A stretch of 64,000 bases of DNA from Schmidtea polychroa. Taxonomy: Eukaryota. Numbering within the stretch: position 1 is the first letter of the stretch; every line of letters starts with the position of its first letter. The stretch spans positions 44,888,001-44,952,000 of the forward strand of contig CM097885.1 of assembly GCA_044892525.1 (NCBI GenBank). Direction: 5' to 3'. The notes below the pieces were generated by a model, which made no database searches, had not been told where the DNA came from, and saw only the letters and a program-made list of their open reading frames with translations. A program made the translations under genes and the position numbers. This document shows positions 14,369 through 26,500 of this stretch, piece by piece.

Positions 14369-17300
14369 TTAACGTCGACGTTTTCGAATAAAAAAATATG
14401 GTCTCGCTTTTCTTTTTCTTTTCTTTTTGATTTCCGCATTGAGCTGTCCATTAATTGGATCAGGTGTACTTTCATCACAGTCCTGTAAAATAGAAGAATT
14501 CCCATTTTCTGTCTGACCTATTAGACGAGGGCGACTTCTCACAAAAATATTTGAATTAATAGGATATCGAATTGGCATATCTATGTGATTATTGAGAAAA
14601 TTAATAACGTTGATAAGTCTCACCATATACTTTTCGACGACCCCGCTTAATGGCATTAATTATGTTTGAGATTTCAAATTTCAATATTTCTTCTCCTAAT
14701 CATCGATTCCATGTCAAATTATTATTTTTTTAAAGAAATATAGCTCACTGTGTAAGTTTTCTAGTAAAGCTTTCGCTTGAGAAAATGTCAGATAACGTAG
14801 AAAAGGTTTGAGATTTTCACTGATCATGCTAAAGAAATAAAATAAGAAAATCCACAATAGAATAAACAGAAAATTGATCTTTATCATAATCTTTTAATTT
14901 TATCGTTTCTATCTTAAGAGAATGGTGGGAATTTGAAAAAGAAAAATTACATTTAGATTAGTGATGTTTTATTTAAATTAATAGCGCAGATATAAAACTA
15001 ATCTATCATTTTTGATAATTAATAATTAGGTTATTTTTAAAAAAATGTTTTGTTTAAATATTTGATATTTTGGCGCACATTTTAAAAATTCATATTTTTA
15101 CAAGAAATTTATTGATTTATAGAAATAAAATTTTCTATTTTCAGATTTACCCAATGATCTACTATATAGTTTTCTAAATATTTTGATTGCCTGGCGGATA
15201 ATTTAATTCTCTACAAAATGATGTTGCGCCTTATGTGATATTATCTTTCAGATTTGGACGATACATAATCAATATTTCTTAAAATACTTTTATCTAATTG
15301 ACTAAATATAATTTTCCTTTCCATCTTAAGAGATGTAAATGATGGGAATTTTATAAAGAAAAATTACATTTAGATTAGTGATGTTTTGTTTAAATTAATA
15401 GTGCAGATTTAAAACAAATCTGATAGTCAAAAAAATTATCATTTTTGATAATATTTAATTTTTTTTGTCTAAATATTTGATATTTTGGCGCACATTTTAA
15501 AAATTCATATTTTTACAAGAAATTTGTTGATTGATAGAAATAACATTTTCTATTTTCGGATTTATCCAGTGTCCACTTTATAGGTTTCTCAATATTTTTG
15601 ATTGTTTGACAGAGAAACTAATTAAACGATGTCAAACCTTAGATGATTTTGACTTTCAAATAATTAATATTTCTCAAAATACTTTTTAGCCAATTGGACT
15701 CCATATAAGTTGACTCTGCAAAATGGTGGAAATCAACGTTTCTCAATTGCTTGTCCACGTAAGCGTATTACAAATATATTTTTTAATATTCTGTTAAAAG
15801 GAATATTGAAAAATTATATTTTGGGTCGCGAAAAAATAAATTTGGTCCGCGTACAAAGAATAGATAATTTATTGGTCCGCAGGATGTCTTGGGTTGAGTA
15901 ACACTGGTGTAAACTATCTTGGTGTATTATATGTCGCTATTTATAGACGTGTCATGGGATAAATTGTAATTTAAAATTTCTCCAATTGAAACTGTTATAA
16001 TGGTAATTAGCAACATTTATTTATAAGCCAAATGTTTTTATTTGATACTACCGTAGACAAAATTATTGTGATTATTTATCATTAAATTAAAGAATGATTA
16101 TAAAACTCACAAAGCATCATATGGACGATTTCGAGAGAATTCGCTAACACGAGATTTCTTGGTATTAGTCATGGATATAGCTTTGTCAATCATTCGAACT
16201 TTTCTGACAGATTTACAAGGCGGCGAAGAGAGAGTATTTGGCGATAGGAGAGTAAATGGTTTGTTACGAATTATAGTTTCATTTTGTTCATTGTCAGAAA
16301 ATTTTGGAGACTTTATAGGACTTATCATGTGTTTGTTGTTGATCTCATTTGGATTATCAGATGGCATTGACGGTTTCCATCGCCTGTTAAGAATACACGA
16401 CATAATTGGGCCAATTAAACCATGTTCTCTAGCGATTAATTTTCTACGCTGGCGTTCTTTTAACCTTTGAGTATATATACCAACATGAGCCACTTTGAGA
16501 GCTGAAATAATGGATTATTGATAGCGCATGACATAATTCATTCACCGTCTAGTAAATCATCTTTAATAAAATCTGGCTTCAATCGACAAAGAATACTTTC
16601 TGCATCATTATCATAATCCTATATTAATATTATTTATACTAGTGCATAAAATTATGCTAAATTATTAAAATTCTTTATTTACTTTTAAATTGCATTTATT
16701 ATTTCATTTCGACTATAATTATTTATAAATCAACATTTTATTGCAATTTAACACAAATTTTCAACACCTGAAAAGGCAGTGGCAAAAAGTGACATTTTAA
16801 ATAAATCAATCTTTTTAATTTATCCAATAAAATTTAAAAAATGATTTGACAAATTAAATGGAAAAGACATTTAATATCTTTTTGAATTTGACACTTAAAA
16901 ATGGTAAATTTTTAATTTAAAATATCATTTATTTTCATTTTGACTGTAAATCGATATTTTTCATATTTAACATGATTTTTCAAAACTTGAAAATATGAAT
17001 ACCAAAATTTGTAACAACTTGAAAAAGATTAATTTATAATCAAAATCTGTATTAAATAGGGAGAAAAATATTGATCTACAGTCGAAATGAAGATAAATTA
17101 AATTTTAAAAATACAGTTTTTTAGTTTATATAATTTTACTACCTTCAAATATTATTTTTAAATAGAGTCTTTTGCCTATTCGGAACTAATCAAAAATTAG
17201 TAATTTGAACCTAATTATTTGTATTACGTAGTGATGTTGTTTTTTGCAAGAATTAAATAATATAAAATAATAGTTAAATAACTATTAAATAAAATATTAG

Positions 17301-19664
17301 TCACAAGAACAAAAATAGTATTGCTAAATTTGGTAATTTCGAACATTAATAGAGCAACGAGCATAATTACATTGAGTAGAGAAGGGAGTGGTAATTCGAG
17401 TTGGATCAATATGGACAACGCCGATACTTTAGTGGGCACACATCTGTCAATGGCGTAGAAACTGATCATTTTTTAAATTAATTTTTTGTTAAATTGTAGA
17501 ATGTTGACTAAATATAAGGCATTTTCCTATAGATTATTATAATTTTTAATAAGGAAAATTAATCCTTGTTATTCTTTTCAACAAAAAAATATTGTTACAA
17601 AATTAAGAATTTATTATTTCACTGTAAAAACTGATTAGAATAGGAGTGCATTTTGTTCTTTGTCTAGAGGGATAGTTTGTATTTACCCGCATATGGATTT
17701 TACCTGAATATGGATACCAAGATAAATCATAAAATGAATATTGTCTACAAGATTCACCATGAATTTCATTGATTATTAAAATAATCCTCTCCTAATACGA
17801 ATACCGACAAGAATATTAAAAGAGGAATGATGATGTTTGAGACAGAATATAATTTGGAATATAAATATGCCTCTCAAATGTTTTCATATCATGTTTCATC
17901 AAACAAATGTGAAAAAAATTATAAAATATAACTTATTTAACCTAGCTCATTTATTATTTAATTCTTACCCATCCCACAAAAAAATATAACTCCTGCATGT
18001 TTATACTGGTTCAATAAAATTACGCTCAATTATTAAAGTAAAATGAAAATCAATAGGGAATTTTTACTTTTAAATCCCCATATATTTTAATCAATATTTA
18101 AACCCTGAAAAGGATTTATTGCCAAAAAATATGTGATAAATAGGAAGGAATATATTGATCTATGGTTGAAATGAATAAAAGTAAAATTATAAATAAATCA
18201 ATATTTTTAATTTATACAATAAAATTTACAAAATGATTTGATAAATTTAATGCAAAAACAGTCAATATTTTAACTCCTTAAATTTATTAATTTTCCTTTA
18301 TTCTCTAATTTCATTTTGATTATAAATCAATATTTTTTAATCCCCACAAAATCAGTAATAACAACACCTTATAAGAAGGTGAAAAATAAATCATGAAACA
18401 ATTTTAATTACTAAAATAAATGTAAATATAATTATCCAATTAAAATAATAATATAAAATTATAGTAAAACTTAATCAATAAAATATAATCAAACAAGTTC
18501 TAAAAATCTAAAGATTTTGAATATAAAAATGATAATTATGGAAAGAATATTATATAGCAGTAATTTTATTTTTAAAATTAATTTTTTTTAATTTATGCAT
18601 TAAATAATTATTTAAACAAATGTAATTTTGAAATAATAAATTTAAAATAAATGGTTAATGAAATTAGACAGTGGTTGCTCACCAGATAAGGGAAATACGA
18701 TTTCTATATAAAATTGAACCGATTTAATGCTGATTAAATTTTTTAACACTTAAAAATTAGGTCTTAAACATTACGCAATACTCTATTCCTTCCTAAATAA
18801 ATTTACTAATTTGTTTTCATCTGAAATTCAATATCAATTTCATACTATATTTCTAAACATGATAAATATTATTTATCCCAAAAATCTAAATACTGCAATC
18901 TCGATTATATTTGATCTATTCAGAATCCCAATTCATTTATAGTAAAAATCAAATATAGTACAAGGCACCAAAAATGAGAAAAACTCCATATTTTACCCTT
19001 TCAAAATCATCTCTTTTGGGCATGTAACCTAGCATTACTTGATCATCAGCGGATAAAACACAAGGAGGCATAACTTCAAATAAAGAAGGCGATAAATTAG
19101 AATTATCAACATTTACTGAGTGATCTGATACTTGACATAACTTTCGTTTAGAATCATTTAATAAATATTTGCCGATTGCACTATTTATATAATAATTGAT
19201 ATAATGATCACGGCATTCATCTGCTGAATGAGATTCGACTTTGCAAGAAACGTCATTCCTTTTTTTACAGATATTTAAAACTAATTATTTCGAAACTTTT
19301 TTACCAATTTCCCACTCCATACAGCTCTATAGCATCCAAGAGCTTTTGTTCTTCAATAATACTCCAATTACTTTTCACAAAAACCTCTGATGCTTTATTT
19401 GAAACCTAAATTCGTGTATTATATATTATGCATTTATTCATCACAATTTACTTTAACTGAATACAAATGATTTCTTTTATGATTTCCACCTTGAATTCCA
19501 TAACTAAAACACTATATATATATTAAGATTTTTAATTAAAGATACTGACAAAATCTCACTGGAATACAAAGAGTAATGTTTTTACATTCAATACATTTTA
19601 TAAAATAAAAATTAAAGGGTTTTAAACAGTAAGCACAATAAATGTTATTTTTATCTGAATTCAT
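14369..19664 (-). CDS. TADA2B: Transcriptional adapter 2-beta (SAGA HAT module), 9 exons, 451 aa
   Basis: Exons (minus): 19664-19560, 19511-19452, 19405-19305, 19258-18997, 16618-16546, 16501-16111, 14828-14749, 14695-14624, 14580-14369 (1356 nt). ZZ finger YCAYC...CIECKNITLCIPCF...H..H, SANT WSIIEEQKLLDAIELYGVGNW, GYMPKRDDFERDYDNDAE, and LKVAHVGIYTQRLKERQRRKLIAR (ADA2b-type). Confidence 0.93.
14911..15705. repeat. Tandem duplication, about 412-bp unit x2, in TADA2B intron 6
   Basis: atcttaagag...gaaaaattacatttagattagtgatgtttt...tttgatattttggcgcacattttaaaaattcatatttttacaagaaattt occurs from 14911 and again from 15323. Confidence 0.85.
15734..15906 (+). mobile_element. hAT-type MITE, copy 2 of the 9776 family
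   Basis: Begins caacgtttctcaa and ends ggttgagtaacactg; core shared with 9776-9895. Confidence 0.7.
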
Positions 19665-20560
19665 AACTAATTATTCATTTATATGAATTTCATAATATAA
19701 CTCTTTGTAATCAATAAAATTTAAACAATATTTTTCTTTTTGTAAATATGTATTTAATGAAAAATTAAATATTCACATCTTGAAATTTAAAGATTCTATG
19801 GTCAGTCAATATTTTTAATTCAATTAATTGAATAATTTATTAACTTAAGAGGGATTTTTATAATTGTTAAGTAAAAAGGTTAAAGTTAAATGTAAAATAC
19901 AGCAATAGTAATATAAATGTATAGAACTCATTTATATATACATTTTCTTGGAAAATTGAATATGAACACAGAAAATATCTTTATTTTATGTTACTCGTCT
20001 ACTAGATTCTATTAGTCTGTTCATTATATATCCCTTTCTTATATTATTGTCCTTACTTATTAATTTAATTATGGTCCTAACTCCTAGATTTTATTCAATG
20101 TTACCTTCGAAAAGTTTGCGAAAGAATCTGCTCTAATTTCTCAGTTCATAAAAAGTTGCCCTAGATTTTCTATAATAATTAAGGTTATTTGTTGTGCTCT
20201 TCGAAAATTTGGGTAGAGACCTAACTACATATTTAATTCTGATCTATGTTGATTCTTTTTTATTTTTTACTATAATATTAAAAATGGTTTAACTCATCAA
20301 CATTATTTGAAAGAGGAATTAAAATTAAATTCTGAAAATAAACAAAGTTTAAAAATAAAATGTTTCTCCTCAATTTTTACATTACATTTTAAATTCTTTA
20401 GAGAAATATAATATTTAAATCTTAATCTTATATAAAGAATACCTTATTATTAAGAAATGTACTAAAAACTTCATAATTTTAATTAAAATAATTTTATTAT
20501 TTAAATTGTCAATTTGTTTATAAATTGCTTGCTAAGCACTTTTGATAACATATCAAATTC
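19665..20560. promoter_or_regulatory. Probable divergent promoter region between TADA2B and FAM161
   Basis: TADA2B ATG at 19664 (minus); FAM161 coding exons are visible from about 20570-20668 (plus). Inferred from the head-to-head layout only. Confidence 0.4.
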
Positions 20561-20667
20561 AAATATTCTTTGAATCTAAATATCTAAATTTGGATTATTT
20601 AACATTTGAAAGAAACGCGTTACGTTGAGAATATCTAACATTTTTATTTGTTTCTAATGTTTAACAG

Positions 20668-23554
20668 AAGAGTTTTTAAAGAACCAAATATAATTAGTTT
20701 CCCAGACGATAAAGAAATCCCTACTAAAAACACAAGTATTTATGAGTTGCTTCTGCAAACTGAAGGCGATTACAAAAAGGTATTCCAAAATAAATATCAA
20801 AACAGTTTTATTAATACATCTTATTAGGTAAGTCAGATATTAGATCAAAAAATTTCCGAAACCAATCGTCTTATTAAAGACTTAACAGAAAACATAAAAA
20901 ATCTACCAAATGATTCATTTGAAGAGAAATTAAATAAATTAAAAAATGATAATTTGGAAACAATGCTTTTATGTGATGAATTTCGTAAGATCGCCTCTCG
21001 AAAGGTAAAAGAACAGGAAAACTTTGATTACAGGAATTATGAACCTGACAAACCGTTGCTTAATGATCATTCAAAAAAGTTAATTTTTTTATCATGTTTA
21101 TCCTAATTTTACTATTTAAGTTACATAAATAATTTTTAATTATAAATATAAATATTTTTTATTAATATTCTACAAATAGTGCAATTCAGCTACATCCATT
21201 TGCTCATTCATATGTATATTTCTAGCATGTATAAAAATAATTAATAATAATAATATTAGCAAGAAGAATCTCGTTCGTCAACTTTTAAATGTCTTGTAAC
21301 CTTAAAAGTTTTGGAAGTTTTACTTTGTTTTCGAAAGGTTCTCAAGTTATCAATTCATAGATCACTTGATCACACATAAAATTGAATGTGCCTGACATAG
21401 TTCATATAAGAATTTAAAATCATCTCGTTATCCAGGGTTCTCGCATGTGTCAACATCAACTGTCGCAACGAGGCGGTAATCAGCCTGAAGAGAGACATAG
21501 TTTTCTGTTAATTTGTCAATGAAGGAATAGCTGAGTTCTGGTCTGCTTGTTGGCTCTTGAATAAGAAAATTCATGACATGCTTCAAAGTACATGGTGCTG
21601 ACAGCAAATATATTGTGGCTTCTGAAAGCCCTTGCTCAAGACCTCATCCTGTATGAGCTTTGCTATCCCGTGCAAACGACCAGTATTTACAAATTATCCT
21701 GCAAATATTTCCCCAAGCATCATATTCATCAATTAGCTGATGTAGTTCCTTGTGAATGGCCGCGGCAGAACCCCTCTCACATTTAAGAATACCGAGTTTG
21801 ATTTCGATTGTCATATTTTTCAGCATAACTACTTGATTCTCTTCTCCTTGCAGTGTTTTACCATCAAACTGGAGACAATAGGGATCTTTGCTGTGAAGTT
21901 TTTGAACAATTTTGGTTTTCATTTTCGGTCCTTTAGAGATTACTCATTTCCAGACACCCGCCTGACTTGGACTCGGCACATCATGACCCTGTTCAGCAAC
22001 GGTTGTATGAACGTCATGTGATTTATGTGTAGAAATATTGTTTTTTAGTTTTTGTAAACCCGCTGTTGTATTTCTTGCTCTTTGGTATTTCGGTTTGCAT
22101 TCAGGAGAAGATGACGTGAAAAAAGAGGTTAGCGACTCGGATGAAGAAGCAGAGGTTTCAGAATCCGAAGAATCTGAGACAGTTTTATGTGTTTGTGTGG
22201 GTTGCGATTGAGAAGAGCTGGTTTGAGGTTGAATTTTTGATATCCGGATTCGTTTTCTTGGGTTGATTGATTCTGAAGGACCTTTTTTGACCATTGAATA
22301 GCCAATCTTTCATCCACTCTTAACTTGCCTCTGATAGAGCTCTTTATCCTTCGTGCTGTTCCATTCTCCATTAACGTTAGTGACATCAAATAACTGAGGA
22401 AGTGTTGCAGTGAATTTATCAGACGGTTTCTTTTTGTTTTTGTCATATTAATCAATCAGACTTTTGAGTTTCTTTCTGATGAGTGCGCTGGTTAATAGTG
22501 GAAAGTTTAGAATTTCACTCCAGAGCAATTCTATATTCGTAATCATAATTTTGATTCGATCAAGTCGCCGTTTCTTGATATTGAACAGAAAAGTGAAGTT
22601 TCCAAGAATTTGACAGTTTCTCTACATCTGTGTGAGATTGGTTAGTTTTTCAATAGATGAAATCATTGGATCCCTTTTCTGGTTAAAAGATGAGAGTAGA
22701 TTCTTCATCCAAATACACCTATTTGACTTTACACTGTTGCTTGCATTTCTATAAGACATTTTCTAGTGCTTTAAAAGTTATTAAATGTCTTGTAATTTTC
22801 TTCCTCTCTGTAAGACTTGCAATCTTGCACTGAAAATGAGATAGTTTACCCAAAATAATCAAAACAAAGGAAAAAAATTAATAACCATCTGTAAATGCTT
22901 TGTTTGTAAACAAATGGAAACATCTGACTGGAATGTGCTTAAAAGTAGTCTAGAACGTCATATAAAAAAAGTGTGAACCTGAAACCGACAGTAAAACTGC
23001 GCGATATGTGAAAAAGAAGAAAAAGGTGGAGGAACTTTTTTCAATTTAAATAAAGTAATGTTGCTACTGTCATCTGCATACAATTGTTCCTCAAATGTAA
23101 GGGGTTTCAGTTTCGTTACGAAAAATAATGATAATAGTTATTTCCCTATTGTACATACATTCGTCCCATAATAACTCATAAAATATAAATATATATAAGC
23201 TACTTACAATTATAAGTAGTAGACATGGTGATGTAGATGTTATTTATTCTTAGTTACTGGTTTATGATTAATATAAATAAGAGAGGATAAGTTCTTTATT
23301 CTTCCAAAGTAGACTCGTTTCATCAAGTGAGGGATGAGTATATATAAATGAGTATATATAAATGGTCTACCGAAAAGTTCTGTCTGCTTTTTGGAATAAA
23401 ACAAAATACAAACTTTATTGAATAATATAATTGCCATTATTATTAATGACTTCTTGTTAGCGTGAGGGCAATTCGTATATCCCATTAAAAAAAGTTTCAT
23501 CTTATGATGCAGTATGATGATTATTCTATTGAACATCGTATATATATCGTCTGT

Positions 23555-23594
<40 letters not shown>

Positions 23595-26500
23595 GTAGTT
23601 GAAGTAATGCAATCCAAAATTTTGTGTTAGTCGGAATATCTTAGAAAATAAATGAAATTATGAAAGAATAAACAGGTCAAAGGTGAACATTTAAATAATT
23701 CTTTAACTGAAATTTTAATTTTTATGTAATATCAGACATTAATGAGCATTAATACATTTAAAGTTAATGAAACGAGCAGTAAAAGTATCACGTTTTGATC
23801 ATTATGGTGCGGGCTATTGGACCTAAATACAGGCACTCCCGCAAAATGTGAGACAATTGGTTCACCCATATTTAAAAGATCATTCATAAACAATAATTAT
23901 CATTTAAAACAACAACTTCATTCATATTCTTCGTATATAGTCGTACCGGAGAGTAATACCGTGATTTAGTTTATGCTACACTTTACATTGTTATTTTATT
24001 AGTTTTACTGTTAATTATGTTAATTTTTGATGTTATAAGGCTTTCACACAAGCCACCTCAAATTCCTAAATCCAAAAACAATTCTACTCAACCATATATC
24101 AAAGATGTCAAAAATCATTTCGATATGTATCTAAATGATTTAGATGATACACGATCAGTGGATTCTTTTGGAAATGTTAATAATTCTAAAAAAAATCTCA
24201 AATTGTATAAGGAGTATGGCGATGTAGATAGTGAAGATGAGATCAATAGACGCGAAAAAAATTATAAAAGAGGTAACGAGATTATTGAAATAAATTAGTT
24301 TAATTTTAAACAAAATATATTACAAAATTATAAATTCACTCCTATTTATCAATATAATACAATTATATAACTTCATATATTCAAGAAAATATACCCATTT
24401 ACACGGAATAAAAACTCCTATAATACCGGTTGATGTGCAAATCTTTGAATGACTCATTATTTGTCATAAGTTATTTTCATTCTATTTATGAATATATTTT
24501 TCTATTGGAATTTTTACAATTTAAAGCGAGTTTTAATAATTTTCAATTTAAATTTGATGATTTTACATTATTAGCCACATATTTTTATTTTATTTATTCA
24601 TTTTGTGCAAAAATGGCGAATATTTATTAAATAATGCTTTTGGGTTTTTCTGGACTTTTTAAAGTTTATCTCTCCAAATTTGTAAAATATAGAGATAAAT
24701 TGTATTCATAATAACCGTTTAAAATAAAATTCGTCTTTACTATTTTCTATTTTTTCTTTATTTTCTCGATAACTCGTATTTGTTAAAAATTGAATTCAGC
24801 AGTGTCCGCCATTGATTTTTTAATTTTAATTTGTCGTTTTTTTCCAATTAATACAATTTTTAAAGGTTTTATTAAATGAACCATTTCTACGTATCGAAAA
24901 TTTAACTACATTTATTACTCTTGTGTTTGTGTATTCAATTTATTTTTACTATTACTTATCAATTTCTATATAAAAGTTTTTATTCCATGCAACTAGTACC
25001 GGATTTAGATCTGATAAGGCCCTAGGCTATTTGAAATATGGGGCCTTTTATAAGACCAGATATCATATCTCAGCGCCAAATATGATTTTCGGATACCTAG
25101 ATGGATAAACTGAAATACAATTAAAAAGTATAGATAGTGAAATAATATATATTTAATTTAAAATCATTTTTATTCATAACAAACTTTAAATGCAAACTCT
25201 GATAAAAAGAAACAAAAGATCTTTTAAAAAAACAATTTACTAATGCTTATTATCTAATCTCTTGAAACATGCTATGGGAATTAAGGAATTATATTAAACC
25301 AAAATATTTTCTTTCTTGCCTTTGGCTGAGCAAAGTCACTGAGGACATCATCGAATGATAAACTACGTAGTTTGTCACTTTCTATACACACGAGGCTGAG
25401 GGAACATAATTTATTTTGAGTCATTGTTGTTCTAAATTCAGAAGCTGTCGAAATTTATCAGTAATCTCGGTTGTCATAATTATGGCTAAACAAACCCTAG
25501 GCACAATAGCGCTTTGCCCTTGTTCTTCGAATTGACGTCCTAAAAGAATTGGATGAAGAGTATGAGACGTTTCAGACATGCGGCAGTAGGAAAAATAATG
25601 CTGCAGTATATTTAAGTCGACATGAAAATTTCTCATTCGGACACTTTGGGGCCCTCAAAAAGCAAGGGCTCTAGGCTATAGCCTGTGTTGCACTGCATGC
25701 AACAATATATTTTTACATACTGGTAAGTTTGTGCGCTTCGATAATACACCTGTTTCCACTGAAAAAACGCACCTATAATACAGGTTGGTGTGTACACCAA
25801 TTATAGATGACGCTTAATTTTAGGTTAATTTTAAAGTTAATTTATTTTGGCTATTTATTTATTCATAATTAATTTTTGCAGGATTTTTAGATATTTATTA
25901 ATAAAAATTTGGATTTCTTTCGGTACAACGTTAGTTCTATTATTTTTAAAATAATTAATTAACAAATATAATTTATTAATTCCCAAAGACATCTATTTTT
26001 TTACAGCATTAAGTGAAAAGTTCTATAAAAATATTAATTTTTAAATTTTGTCTAGTAACATTTACGATTTTTTATTTTTTTTCCATCATCATCGGACGAA
26101 AAAGTTGATAAAAAAATTTCAGGACAATGTGAAATACTAACAAACTATTACATTTATTAAAAATTGAAGATAAATCTTACGAAATTATGTCATCATAGTC
26201 TCTTACAGCTCAATTTTGATTTTTGGGAATTTTCGTCGGAAGTTTTTCCGCAAATTTTTACTAAAAATTTCTGTAAATGATTTATTATAGTGCATCTATT
26301 CATTACAGCGATTCTACATATCGAAATTTCACATGCGTGTTTATATAATAAACTTATTGATTTTTGAACATTATAGATGTTTCTATTCATTACAAACCGG
26401 TGTTTAACTTTATTGATTATTTTTTATATTATAAAAATTTTATTCCATGCAAACTACTTAATTTAGTACTACAATATTACTTTCAAAATATTCCAATTTT

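Noticed and set aside
4997-22490. CTGANGA cores (for example about 4998 and 22476) as possible hammerhead ribozymes
   Set aside because: No properly spaced stem II, GAAA and cleavage triplet could be assembled around them.
23240-23617. 125-aa ORF with YIYIYI repeats
   Set aside because: It derives from the (TA)16 microsatellite and AT-rich intron; no homology recognised.
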